Below are positions 38,001 through 46,135 of a stretch of 64,000 nt of DNA, piece by piece. The position numbers and the translations under genes are program-made. Position 1 is the stretch's first letter. Each line of letters begins with the position of its first letter. The stretch is taken from positions 2,571-66,570 of the forward strand of contig PBLQ01000043.1 of assembly GCA_002721815.1 (NCBI GenBank). The letters run 5' to 3'. This stretch comes from Myxococcales bacterium. Lineage in GTDB: Bacteria; Myxococcota; UBA727; GCA-2721815. The notes beneath the pieces were generated by a model. That model did not search any database. It saw only the letters and a list, made by a program, of their open reading frames with translations, and was not told the DNA's origin.

Positions 38001-40367
38001 GAAGATGAGTTTGAAACCGTCGCCCCCAGTGTTGCGCTGGATCGCCAATGCGAAACGGTGTCTCCCTGTGGCCTCAATCAGGTGGAAACAGCGCCGCCTA
38101 CCGACACCACCGATCGCCAATGCGCTTGTATGGATTACTACGAATACGATGAATCGGATAATTGCATTCCGTCCGATTCCGATTCTGATGGCGTGCCCGA
38201 TATCTCTGACGCTTGCCGCGAAGGCGAGACCGGTTGGCTTTCAGACAGCAGTACCGATTATGACGGCGATGGTTGCCAAGATGCCACCGAAGACACGGAT
38301 GACGACAATGACAGCTTGAACGATGACTTGGATTGTGCGCCTTTAGATGCCAGCAAAAACATCCACCAAGATTACGATACCGATTGTGACGGGGCCGGGG
38401 AAGGGCTTGCCCACACCTTCAAAAGCGTTACCGTCGGACACCACCTGGTTTGCGGCATTCGAATCGACGATACGCCCGAGTGTTGGGCCGACAATGGTGC
38501 CTACGCTCCAACCTCCGCGGCACAAGCAGAGTTTGTTGTTGCGGGGTACGGCGAGTCAAACTTTGGTGAATATCACGATGTGTGCGCTCTGGAGAAAGAT
38601 ACTGGCGATCTGCGTTGCAGCGGCACCTCTTCTCTGGGTAGCAATATGCCTTCAGGGTTTTGCTGTGATAACCCTTGGCTTCAAGTGGACGTTTTCGGCA
38701 TTACCAGTGGCATTTGCGGAGTGACCCAAGATAATCGACTCACGTGTTGGCAAGGGAGTAATTCTTATTACGACCAAATTCCTACCGATGCTGACAACGG
38801 TGACGCGCCCTATACTGATTGGATCCAAGTGACGGCGGGCGATGGCCATTATTGCGGTTTGCACAGCGATGGTGTTTTAGATTGTTGGGGATGGAATTAC
38901 TTTGGGCAGTCCGATATTCCCACCGATACCGATGGGAGCGCTTACACCGATTGGGTTGCGGTGAGTGCGGCCGAAACTCACACGTGCGGCATTCGCAATA
39001 CCAACGAAGCGGTTTGTTGGGGAGGAAGTGATGGGTTTGCCGCAGGGGTTGTGCCCACCCAACTCGATGGCGACCCTTATGCTTTCACGAAGATTTCAGC
39101 TGATGTAGATCACACCTGTGGGATGCTCGAGGACAATTCAATCCTGTGTTGGGGCGACAACACCCACGGCCAAATTGACGTGCCTTTAAACAACGGGGTT
39201 GCAGTGACGGATTGGATCGATTTTGACACCGGTCCTTATCGCACGTGTGGTTTGCATGCCAATGGCATCATCGAATGTTGGGGGCGATATACCACCGATG
39301 CCTATGCCGTGCCTCAGACCACCGCGCCGTACACCGACTGGAGAAGCGTAGATACCAGTTATGGTTTTTGCGGCATTCACGCTGACAATCAATTGGACTG
39401 TTGGGGTTTTAATTCGGCATCAATTACGCCAACGGCAGTGAACAGTGCTGAATCTTACGGTCCGGCTTGGCAAGAAGTCGCTTCGAGCCGTTATTTGATT
39501 GCTGGAATCGATACCTCTGGAGACATCAAGAGCTTTGGAAATGGTGCTTTTTATGGAGTTAACGTACCTGTGGATGGTCTCGGAGAGACGTTAACAGAGT
39601 GGCAATCCTTGGCGGTAGGGGGCTATCAAAACGGGCATGTTAATGTGTGCGGAATTCAAGGTGATGGGTATCTTTATTGTTGGGGCGGTGACAGCGATTA
39701 CTTCCCTGAGCAAAATGAGATCCCCACCGATGCAGGGGAGCCTTATAGCGATTGGGTGCAAGTGGGGGTGGGTTACCGCAACGCTTGTGGCTTGCGGGCG
39801 TCAGGAGAGATTTATTGCTGGGGCGATAATACCTACAACCAACTGGAGGTGCCCGACCACGATGATTGGGTAAGCCTTTCGGTTGCAAATACCTATAACA
39901 AAAGTGATTACAACAGCCCGCATTTCAGTTGCGGTTTGCGTGAAACGGGCGAGGCGTTCTGTTGGGGCAGCACGCAAAGTGACGTTTCTACCGTGCCTTC
40001 CATTGCATCGGACCTCTCATGGACCAAAATCCAAGCTGGGCATAAAAGAGGTTTTGGAGAGTTAAGCGATGGTTCTTTGATCGTATGGGGTCACAACACC
40101 AGTAGTACGATGGAAGCAGCCATTGCACTGCCGGCAGGGCAACGCTATAAAGCATGGGATGCGCGATCTGTCTTTTGTGGGATATTGCCCTCGGGTTTGA
40201 TGCAATGTTTCAACTGGTCAGGCGAGGATATTTCTGATGAGGTCCCCAGACGCTCATACGCTGTGGATAATTGCATGGGCCTCGCCAATGCCGACCAAAC
40301 CGACTCGGATGACGATGGTTACGGCGATGCCTGTGACAGTGCACCGAACGATTCCGGTGTGCATTAA
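35046..40367 (+). CDS. Giant mosaic lipoprotein: DAG-rich linker, EGF-Ca module, 17 TNFR-type Cys-rich repeats, TSP3 repeats, ~14 RCC1-like blades, C-terminal TSP3
   Basis: 1773 aa. Lipobox LFAAGC at aa 45-50. CVDVDECATANGGCHANALC (EGF-Ca). Tandem 43-aa Cys repeats. DSDSDGVPDISDAC / DYDGDGCQD (TSP3). Repeated hCG...G.l.CWG.N..GQ blades. The start is uncertain (TTG 35046, ATG 35052, or ATG at M18). Confidence 0.88.
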   Translation: MRMNNASESGVFCWLGLMFGSYEQYVGVSGLHFKWLFLFLFLFFLFAAGCPNPPPAADPLPPDGPPSQNATDAGEVIAPAPPLDAGMDPSDPPPIADAGSDPSEPILVTDAGTEIPVPAIDAGVDDVVSVPDAGVDVPVADFDAGMILVADSGPVASQDAGLVCATCPEGTVAGTEGCTCVDVDECATANGGCHANALCSNGAVSGAVPGCTCNDGFFGDGAACSPWTVCGDNEYEQEAPTATTDRVCASISVCDLGHGVTSPATGQSDTVCEPCETGISFSDVVDATSACELISLCEAGQGVATAASSQSDTLCEACVLGTNYSDVVDGTSICQAVSACPLGEGVTAAATTISDTQCASCVAGTTFSDVEDTSGECRPVGTCDLGQGVTQAPTTESDTLCEPCAQGSTFSAVNDSMSGCEGVTVCGLGEGATSAPTVSSNTVCEPCEAGISFSDVVDATGACELISLCDVGQGVATAASLQSDTLCEACVLGTNYSDVVDGTSICQAVSTCGLGEGVTEVATVQSDTACEPCVEGTTYSDVIDDTSACEAVAFCGPGEGFVAAATSEKDVICEACEMGVTFNNVSDVQTPCLQVATCAAGFGLSQSPTFTTDTVCEPCVAGETFNSVDDSTTTCTVIATCEEGQGVTQVATASTNTICSDCEEGVSFNNTNDATSTCQAASTCPVGQGVAVASTDTEDTICEACIAGQNYSDSDDLTACLTVSSCEAGFGVATEATAAADTQCEACVMGETFSNVNDATSVCEAIALCPVGEGVSVFATASGDTYCEACEEGITFSDVADTQGECTPISSCDLGQGFVADATVTSDTVCEACVWGQTFSDVDDLQSACESINTCPTGQGVVAEATLSADTSCEDCQSGETYSDVDDAVSPCAAITTCDLGFGVYAGSTSSLDTICVECVAGTNYSDVNNAVNYCEDVVPCPLGEGVAEGPSTQSDAVCTPCVDGETYNDVLDATTACLAVMVCGEDEFETVAPSVALDRQCETVSPCGLNQVETAPPTDTTDRQCACMDYYEYDESDNCIPSDSDSDGVPDISDACREGETGWLSDSSTDYDGDGCQDATEDTDDDNDSLNDDLDCAPLDASKNIHQDYDTDCDGAGEGLAHTFKSVTVGHHLVCGIRIDDTPECWADNGAYAPTSAAQAEFVVAGYGESNFGEYHDVCALEKDTGDLRCSGTSSLGSNMPSGFCCDNPWLQVDVFGITSGICGVTQDNRLTCWQGSNSYYDQIPTDADNGDAPYTDWIQVTAGDGHYCGLHSDGVLDCWGWNYFGQSDIPTDTDGSAYTDWVAVSAAETHTCGIRNTNEAVCWGGSDGFAAGVVPTQLDGDPYAFTKISADVDHTCGMLEDNSILCWGDNTHGQIDVPLNNGVAVTDWIDFDTGPYRTCGLHANGIIECWGRYTTDAYAVPQTTAPYTDWRSVDTSYGFCGIHADNQLDCWGFNSASITPTAVNSAESYGPAWQEVASSRYLIAGIDTSGDIKSFGNGAFYGVNVPVDGLGETLTEWQSLAVGGYQNGHVNVCGIQGDGYLYCWGGDSDYFPEQNEIPTDAGEPYSDWVQVGVGYRNACGLRASGEIYCWGDNTYNQLEVPDHDDWVSLSVANTYNKSDYNSPHFSCGLRETGEAFCWGSTQSDVSTVPSIASDLSWTKIQAGHKRGFGELSDGSLIVWGHNTSSTMEAAIALPAGQRYKAWDARSVFCGILPSGLMQCFNWSGEDISDEVPRRSYAVDNCMGLANADQTDSDDDGYGDACDSAPNDSGVH
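35854..36059 (+). repeat. Copy A of a near-identical ~206-bp intragenic duplication
   Basis: Aligns base for base with 36370-36575 (offset 516 nt = 4 repeat units), with roughly a dozen mismatches by eye. Confidence 0.85.
36370..36575 (+). repeat. Copy B of a near-identical ~206-bp intragenic duplication
   Basis: See copy A. It encodes CEPCEAGISFSDVVDATGACELISLCDVGQGVATAASLQSDTLCEACVLGTNYSDVVDGTSICQAVS, against the almost identical peptide in copy A. Confidence 0.85.
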
Positions 40368-40370
40368 AAG

Positions 40371-41564
40371 CTATGAATCATAACCGGCGTGACGTACCGC
40401 TATATTTTTTTCGTCATGGTCATCACGCTGGTTTTCCAAAAAAGCCCAGACCGCATCGGTACTGTCGCCCCCTTCAAGCATTTTGCGGGGCGTGTCGTGT
40501 CCAAAGAGCAAATCCATAGCCAACCTATCGGAGACAAATTCGTATTCGTCGCGCCGCCAATCAAAACCCTTAAATGCCATGGCTGCACGAATGACCGAGA
40601 TGCCAGTTTTCAGTGGTAAGAAAGTCTTTTCATCGGTGACGTGTAATTGAATACCGCCACACATTGCGTTGGCATGTTTTTGAAACATGGGCTTAAAGAA
40701 AGTGGGTCGGGCCGTCACGCCGGGCAGGTTATCGCCATTAATGCTGGCAGCCATTTGAGCGACATCATCAATATAAGGTGCGCCGATGAGTTCAAAGGGG
40801 CGGGTTGTACCGCGGCCTTCTGAAAGATTGGTACCTTCGTACAAACAGCCGCCGGGATAGACCAAAGCGGTGTCGATGGTGGGCATGTTGGGCGAGGGCA
40901 AGACCCAAGGCAAACCGGTCTCGGCGAAGGTCATGTGTCGCCTGTAGCCTTCACACCACACAATCTCCATGGAGGCTTTGGGCATGCCAGCAGCGGCGTC
41001 TTCGTTTTGAAAGAAGTGGCACAGCTCGCCCAACGTAAGACCGTGGCGATTGCACAAAGGGTATTCGCCCACGAAAGAGTCCCATCCTTTTTGAACCACA
41101 TTGCCTTCGAGTACGCCACCCACAATGGGGTTGGGTCTATCGAGAATCATGCAATGCACCCCCGCTTGGGCGCAGGCTCTTAAAGCAAAAGCGGTGGTAT
41201 AACAAAAGGTGTAATAGCGGCTGCCAATGTCTTGTAAATCACACAAGAGGACATCCACACCTTCGAGGTCTTGGGGCTTTAAAAAGAGGGAGTCTTTGGT
41301 GGTGCCGTACAGGCTGATAACGGGAATCTTGAGTTTCGGGTCGACGACTTCTTCATCTACGGATTCCATATCTTGGGCAGCGCCTAAAATACCGTGTTCC
41401 GGCCCGAAAAGACGGACCAGATTGATATCGGCCTGGATACAGCGATCCACCATGTGAATGAGCTGGCTGTCCACCGAGGCAGGGTGGGCGAGAAGGGCGA
41501 CGCGCTTGCCTTTGAGCGCGGTCATCTGATTATCTACGAGTATGTCTAATCCGAGTTTCACCAT
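40371..41564 (-). CDS. namZ: DUF1343 family protein (exo-beta-N-acetylmuramidase NamZ-like)
   Basis: MVKLGLDILVDN...LKGKRVALLAHPASVD...RLFGPEHG is the typical DUF1343 N-terminus. 397 aa. Confidence 0.8.
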   Translation of the reverse strand: MVKLGLDILVDNQMTALKGKRVALLAHPASVDSQLIHMVDRCIQADINLVRLFGPEHGILGAAQDMESVDEEVVDPKLKIPVISLYGTTKDSLFLKPQDLEGVDVLLCDLQDIGSRYYTFCYTTAFALRACAQAGVHCMILDRPNPIVGGVLEGNVVQKGWDSFVGEYPLCNRHGLTLGELCHFFQNEDAAAGMPKASMEIVWCEGYRRHMTFAETGLPWVLPSPNMPTIDTALVYPGGCLYEGTNLSEGRGTTRPFELIGAPYIDDVAQMAASINGDNLPGVTARPTFFKPMFQKHANAMCGGIQLHVTDEKTFLPLKTGISVIRAAMAFKGFDWRRDEYEFVSDRLAMDLLFGHDTPRKMLEGGDSTDAVWAFLENQRDDHDEKNIAVRHAGYDS

Positions 41565-41677
41565 GATTGGGTTTTTACATCAAAAACCAGAGCATGTATA
41601 GGTATCGTATGAAGGAATTTGAGTGAAGAGTGGCGTAAGCGTCGCCCTGCGAAAATCAAATTGTCTTTGGGCATATT

Positions 41678-43960
41678 TTAAATGGCGTGAGGCTCTAAAC
41701 TGCATACGATCCACTTAGACGTCGGTGTGTTTGACTTTTCGGCCGTAGAGTTGAGCGGGACCAGCACGTTCGCTTCTGGAAAATAAGTGGCGATATTTCC
41801 TCTGGGAATCGTGTAAGCGACCAATTGCCATTTTTCTGCGCGTCTTTCTTCGTTTTTATAGTAGCTCACAATATCGACGTATTCCTGGGCCTGCCAACCG
41901 CGCGCTTTGATATCGTCTGGGTTCATGAGTACGATACGTCGATTGCCATGCAAGCCGCGATAGCGGTCGTGAAGATCATAAATCGTTGTGTTGTACTGAT
42001 CGTGCGACCGGATGGTGATCATGACGTACCTGTCTTCTGGAATTTTCAGATCGGGTAACGGATGCGTAATAAAATGCGCTTTGCCATCTGCAGTGGCGAA
42101 AGAGCGGGAGTCTCGGGGTGGGTTAGGCAGACAAAATCCATTGGGGGCACGGACACGTTCGTTATAATTGTCGAACCCATGAAGCGCGCGGCTCATGAGT
42201 TCACGGATGTGATCATAGTTAGACGCCAGGTGGGGCCAATCACGTCCGTCATTAAGTACGACATGTGCGAGTTGCGATACAATCCAAGGTTCACTTTTTA
42301 AATGTTCAGATGCGGGTTTAAGGCTCCCTTGGGACGTATGGACAACGCCCATGGAGTTCTCCACTGTCACGAATTGCGGCCCTGATTCCTGCAGGTCTGT
42401 TTCGGTGCGGCCCAAGCAGGGAAGAATCAATGCTGTTTGTCCAGTGACCAAGTGACTGCGGTTTAGTTTCGTAGACACCTGCACTGTGAGTTTGACTTTT
42501 CGAAGACCCTCCGCGGTGGCCTCTGTATCGGGTGTCGCAGAAATGAAGTTTCCGCCCATACAAAAGAACAGGTCCACCTCACCCCGCTGCATTTTTTTAA
42601 TGGCTTCGACCACATCTACGCCATGTTCTCTTGGCGATGTAATCCCCGTTGCTTCGTCTAACTTTTTAAGAAATTTTTCGGTAGGCCTCTCCCAAATTCC
42701 AACGGTACGGTCCCCTTGTACATTCGAATGCCCACGAACCGGACATAGGCCCGCTCCTTTTTTACCAATATGCCCACCCATCAGTAACAGGTTGGTCACC
42801 TCTTGTATGACCGCCACACCGTTTCTGTGCTGGGTTAACCCCATGGCCCAACATGCAATCGTTCCCTTTGATGCGACGCACATTTGCCCTGCGGCATCGA
42901 TTTGTGCTCTAGAGAGTCCAGTGTCTTCTTCGATTTGTGCCCATGGCGTTTGTGCGATGTTGGCTTTCACTTTTTCAAAGTCTGTTGTTTGCTGCTGGAT
43001 AAAATCCATATCGAGTGCACCGTTTTCGATGACGATTTTCATGAGGCCATGCATTAGGGCAGCGTCACTGCCAACTTTCACCTGTAGGAAGAGATCTGAT
43101 AAGGTGTCGCTCCCAAAGGAAAGTTTCATGTAGTCTTGGGGGTGTTTGAAGCCGATCAGACCTGTTTCAGGGAGCGGATTGATGTGGATAATTTTAGCGC
43201 CGTTTCGTTTTGCATCTCGTAGTGCTGTGAGCATCCGTGGATGGTTGGTGCCCGGGTTTTGACCGATGACCAATATAAGATCCGCAGCGTCGAAATCTTC
43301 TAAAGTCACCGTTCCTTTTCCTATGCCTATCGCTTCACCGAGACCTCGCCCGCTGGATTCATGACACATGTTGGAGCAGTCGGGCATGTTGTTGGTTCCC
43401 AGGGTTCGTGCGAAGAGCTGGTAGAGAAATGCTGCCTCGTTGGAGGTACGGCCGGATGTGTAAAAGACAGACCGGTCTGGATCATCGGCTTCCTTGATCA
43501 CTTGATCGATGAGTTGAAAAGCATCGTCCCAACTTAATGGTTCGTAATTATTTTTTCCTGGTTTTAAAACCATAGGCTCGGTGATTCTGCCGCGTGCATT
43601 GATCCAATAATCGCTGTTATCAGCCAACGCCTGCACCGTATTTGCTGCCAGGAACTGAGGGGTGACCCTTTGATTGGTGGCTTCATCCGCTACGGCTTTT
43701 GCACCATTTTCACAAAACTCGAACATGGAAGCGTGGGCAGGATCAGGCCAGGCACAACCCGGACAATCGAATCCTTTTTTTTGATTAACAGTTGCGAGCG
43801 TTTTCAGGGTTTTCCCAACGCCCATCCGAGTAATTCCATGGATGAGTGAGTTGTTGGCCGCAGGGATGCCGGCAGCAACCGTTTTGTGTTTTGACAGTTT
43901 GAGAGGCGTTAGGTCTATGGGTGTGCTCGCCCTTGCATTCTCCCTTTTCGCCATCCTCAC
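41678..43960 (-). CDS. ydeP: FdhF/YdeP-family molybdopterin oxidoreductase
   Basis: 760 aa. GFDCPGCAWPDP Cys motif near the N-terminus and molybdopterin-oxidoreductase-like core (GQNPGTNHPRM). Confidence 0.88.
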   Translation of the reverse strand: MRMAKRENARASTPIDLTPLKLSKHKTVAAGIPAANNSLIHGITRMGVGKTLKTLATVNQKKGFDCPGCAWPDPAHASMFEFCENGAKAVADEATNQRVTPQFLAANTVQALADNSDYWINARGRITEPMVLKPGKNNYEPLSWDDAFQLIDQVIKEADDPDRSVFYTSGRTSNEAAFLYQLFARTLGTNNMPDCSNMCHESSGRGLGEAIGIGKGTVTLEDFDAADLILVIGQNPGTNHPRMLTALRDAKRNGAKIIHINPLPETGLIGFKHPQDYMKLSFGSDTLSDLFLQVKVGSDAALMHGLMKIVIENGALDMDFIQQQTTDFEKVKANIAQTPWAQIEEDTGLSRAQIDAAGQMCVASKGTIACWAMGLTQHRNGVAVIQEVTNLLLMGGHIGKKGAGLCPVRGHSNVQGDRTVGIWERPTEKFLKKLDEATGITSPREHGVDVVEAIKKMQRGEVDLFFCMGGNFISATPDTEATAEGLRKVKLTVQVSTKLNRSHLVTGQTALILPCLGRTETDLQESGPQFVTVENSMGVVHTSQGSLKPASEHLKSEPWIVSQLAHVVLNDGRDWPHLASNYDHIRELMSRALHGFDNYNERVRAPNGFCLPNPPRDSRSFATADGKAHFITHPLPDLKIPEDRYVMITIRSHDQYNTTIYDLHDRYRGLHGNRRIVLMNPDDIKARGWQAQEYVDIVSYYKNEERRAEKWQLVAYTIPRGNIATYFPEANVLVPLNSTAEKSNTPTSKWIVCSLEPHAI

Positions 43961-44003
43961 TCCTGTAAGCTGCTCACCTTACTTTTTTACCACAAGGCAT
44001 GTG

Positions 44004-44058
44004 GATGAACAAAGGGTTAAGGTTCACCGGTATACAAGCAGCAGATGAACAAAGTTAA
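44004..44058. promoter_or_regulatory. Direct repeat GATGAACAAAG(n)TTAA x2, 40 bp apart, in the ydeP / ORF44329 divergent region
   Basis: The 11-nt perfect repeat lies at 44004-44014 and 44044-44054, each followed by (GG)TTAA. These sit 44-98 nt upstream of the ydeP start codon. Confidence 0.35.
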
Positions 44059-44328
44059 AAAGCCATAAATAGCTGGGTTATAGGCTTTATGCGGCGAGTC
44101 TGTCGATATCTTGTATGGTGCTGTTATGCTGTGGTTGCTGCTTGAATTTCGGGATATTCAGGTGCGAATTCAAAGATGGGATGTCAGCTGTATCATGCTT
44201 CCATTCGCACAACCTTTGGTTTGGGATGTTAAAATATTGTGTTTCTCCGGCTAATTTTACACCGAACTTGACCCCTTAAATCTTTTGTCATCAAATAAGT
44301 TGGTGAGACACCTTTTGCAGGAAATGTT

Positions 44329-45141
44329 GTGCTCCCTTTTGAACATGCTGTACGACAAGTGGTTTTAAAGGCCTCCGAGCAACCGGTTTTGTTGTCCGTT
44401 CCTGTTTGTGAAACCGGTCAGCGGATCCCAGAGCAAGCGTTGACCTTGTCCCCATCGGATTCTCAAAAGGTCATTCCCATCCTCGATCATGCCGGTGCTG
44501 AAGCTTCGGTGTGGTGCAAAGAACGGGCATTGAGTGCTTCATCTCGCCCCTCTTTATTGACGGGCCGCGAGCCCAAAGAGCTTCAAGCCGAGGACTGGCA
44601 TGCCATGGAATTGCTGTACCGGAACAAAGCGAAAGACTTGGTTGCGCAAGGGTTTGAGCATTTGATTTTTGGGGCAGATGCAGACGGGTTGATCGCCGCC
44701 GCCACACAGCGTCATTTGCCCCATGCAGAGGCGCTGCAAGAGCATGTTTTATCTCTATTCGCTGCCGTGAAAGCTCAGGCACCACAAGTGGGGGTGGCCC
44801 TCTGCGTGGAAGACTGCGCGCCGGGTGGAAACGATGCCATCGACGGCATTCATTGGGCCAAGGCGTTTGAAAAGGCCGGGGCCTCTTGCTTGATCGCCAG
44901 TGGCGGGTCTTGGGCTTTTCCACCCTTGAAAGAACGCAAAGCCACTCGGGCCAAGGGAGATATCCCCGTGGCCCACAATCAGGCTTGGATGGCATCACCG
45001 GCATGGTTGCTGGGGCAGGTAGGCATACCGGTTTACGCCTGCGGCCCTGCTCGTGATGTGACCGCCGCGCAGCAAGCCGCTGTTGAGGCGGGCTTTGCTG
45101 GCTTGGTGCTGTGGCACGATCGTGCGCTGTTTAACGCTTAA
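44329..45141 (+). CDS. Hypothetical protein, degenerate Old-Yellow-Enzyme-like TIM-barrel fragment (weak call)
   Basis: GTG start, 270 aa. AQGFEHLIFGADADGLIAAA and VGVALCVEDCAPGGNDAIDGIHWAKAFEKAGASCLIASGG resemble OYE strands, but the His/Tyr catalytic positions are not recognisable. Confidence 0.5.
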   Translation: MLPFEHAVRQVVLKASEQPVLLSVPVCETGQRIPEQALTLSPSDSQKVIPILDHAGAEASVWCKERALSASSRPSLLTGREPKELQAEDWHAMELLYRNKAKDLVAQGFEHLIFGADADGLIAAATQRHLPHAEALQEHVLSLFAAVKAQAPQVGVALCVEDCAPGGNDAIDGIHWAKAFEKAGASCLIASGGSWAFPPLKERKATRAKGDIPVAHNQAWMASPAWLLGQVGIPVYACGPARDVTAAQQAAVEAGFAGLVLWHDRALFNA

Positions 45142-45874
45142 GCGCGTTAGCCAACGCTTCTTTGACTTGCGGTGTTTCCATGATTTCTCGCACGCGAACC
45201 ATTTCACCTAAGTTGGGCGCATCGAAATGACGGGACGCTTTTTGTCGCATTTGTTGTTTGGTGTGCTTGAACGTTTCGCTGGGAAACGCGCTCACGGTTG
45301 TGAGCCAACCCCGGGCTGCTTCTTCAGGGTTTTGGGTGAGTACGTCGCCCACACCCATCTCGTAAGCGGAGGGAAAGTCCATCAGGGCGGCCCCATAAAT
45401 GAGTTTACGCAGCGTTCGTGGTGGAACGGCGGTGTACATGGCATCCCATGCCACCTGTGGAAAAGGGACGCCCACGGCCAACTCGGTGGTACCAAACTGC
45501 GCGGGGCCATCCACAAGAGCGCAAAAGTCCGCCATGAGGGCCAATACAGCACCCCCGGCAATGGCGTGACCATGAACGGCTGCGGCAATGGGTTTTTCAC
45601 AGAAATAAAAGGCGGAGTAAGCTTCGTCGAATGCCGTTAAAAATGCTTTTTGTCCCGCCTCATCCAAGGAGAGAACTTCCACCAAGTCCAAACCTGCCGA
45701 AAAACATTTGCCTTCGGCGCGTAGCAAAACCCCACGAACGTTGTCGTCTTGGTTGGCTTGGGTAAAAGCCTGAGTCAGTTGCGCCATGAATTCAGAATTT
45801 TGGGCGTTGACCTTGGGGCGGTTCAGGGTGACCACCATTAGCTTGTTGTCATCTTCGAATGCGATTTCGATCAT
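45131..45874 (-). CDS. Enoyl-CoA hydratase/isomerase (crotonase) family protein
   Basis: VVTLNRPKVNAQN, GKCFSAGLDL, VHGHAIAGGAVLALMADF. 247 aa. Confidence 0.88.
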   Translation of the reverse strand: MIEIAFEDDNKLMVVTLNRPKVNAQNSEFMAQLTQAFTQANQDDNVRGVLLRAEGKCFSAGLDLVEVLSLDEAGQKAFLTAFDEAYSAFYFCEKPIAAAVHGHAIAGGAVLALMADFCALVDGPAQFGTTELAVGVPFPQVAWDAMYTAVPPRTLRKLIYGAALMDFPSAYEMGVGDVLTQNPEEAARGWLTTVSAFPSETFKHTKQQMRQKASRHFDAPNLGEMVRVREIMETPQVKEALANALKR

Positions 45875-45890
45875 GGATTCTCCTTGGGGG

Positions 45891-46088
45891 TTAGCCCTTC
45901 ATAAGCATCATGCCCGCTCCAATGGCCACGAGCCAAAAGCCCAGACTTTTGTAAAAGAAGGCTTTCCCATCTTGGGCGGGGCTGAGGGTTGCGCCGTGGC
46001 GCTTTTTCATCCACCATCGGGAAGGCAATAGAAGCAATCCAACGGCGGCCATGGCTGGGGCCAAATAGGCTGAAAGCAAACTGAGCAT
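45891..46088 (-). CDS. Small two-TM membrane protein (65 aa)
   Basis: MLSLLSAYLAPAMAAVGLLLL...FWLVAIGAGMMLMKG. The stop is 17 nt upstream of the crotonase start. Start taken at ATG 46088; the ORF extends to 46142. Confidence 0.45.
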   Translation of the reverse strand: MLSLLSAYLAPAMAAVGLLLLPSRWWMKKRHGATLSPAQDGKAFFYKSLGFWLVAIGAGMMLMKG

Positions 46089-46135
46089 GGTTGGAGCATA
46101 TAACAGGTGGCCCCCACAACCAAGGAGTAGGCGCG

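Noticed and set aside
42486-43133. 215-aa plus-strand ORF inside ydeP. Comparable antisense ORFs lie at 3896-4528, 12718-13296, 14038-14574, 16404-16916, 23100-23567, 32032-32511, 44471-45004 and 61101-61745.
   Set aside because: Each is embedded in a gene with strong family signatures on the other strand (for 44471-45004 the sense call is weaker, but it still has fold-like motifs and operon-consistent stops). None has a recognisable motif.
44126-44254. 42-aa ORF (MLWLLLEFRDIQ...) in the large ydeP upstream gap.
   Set aside because: There is no Shine-Dalgarno sequence and no recognisable features. The region is better explained as promoter or leader DNA.
43961-44328. Moco riboswitch upstream of the molybdopterin oxidoreductase ydeP.
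   Set aside because: I could not recognise the conserved Moco-motif helices or loops by eye. It is kept only as a suggested Rfam scan, not as a feature.
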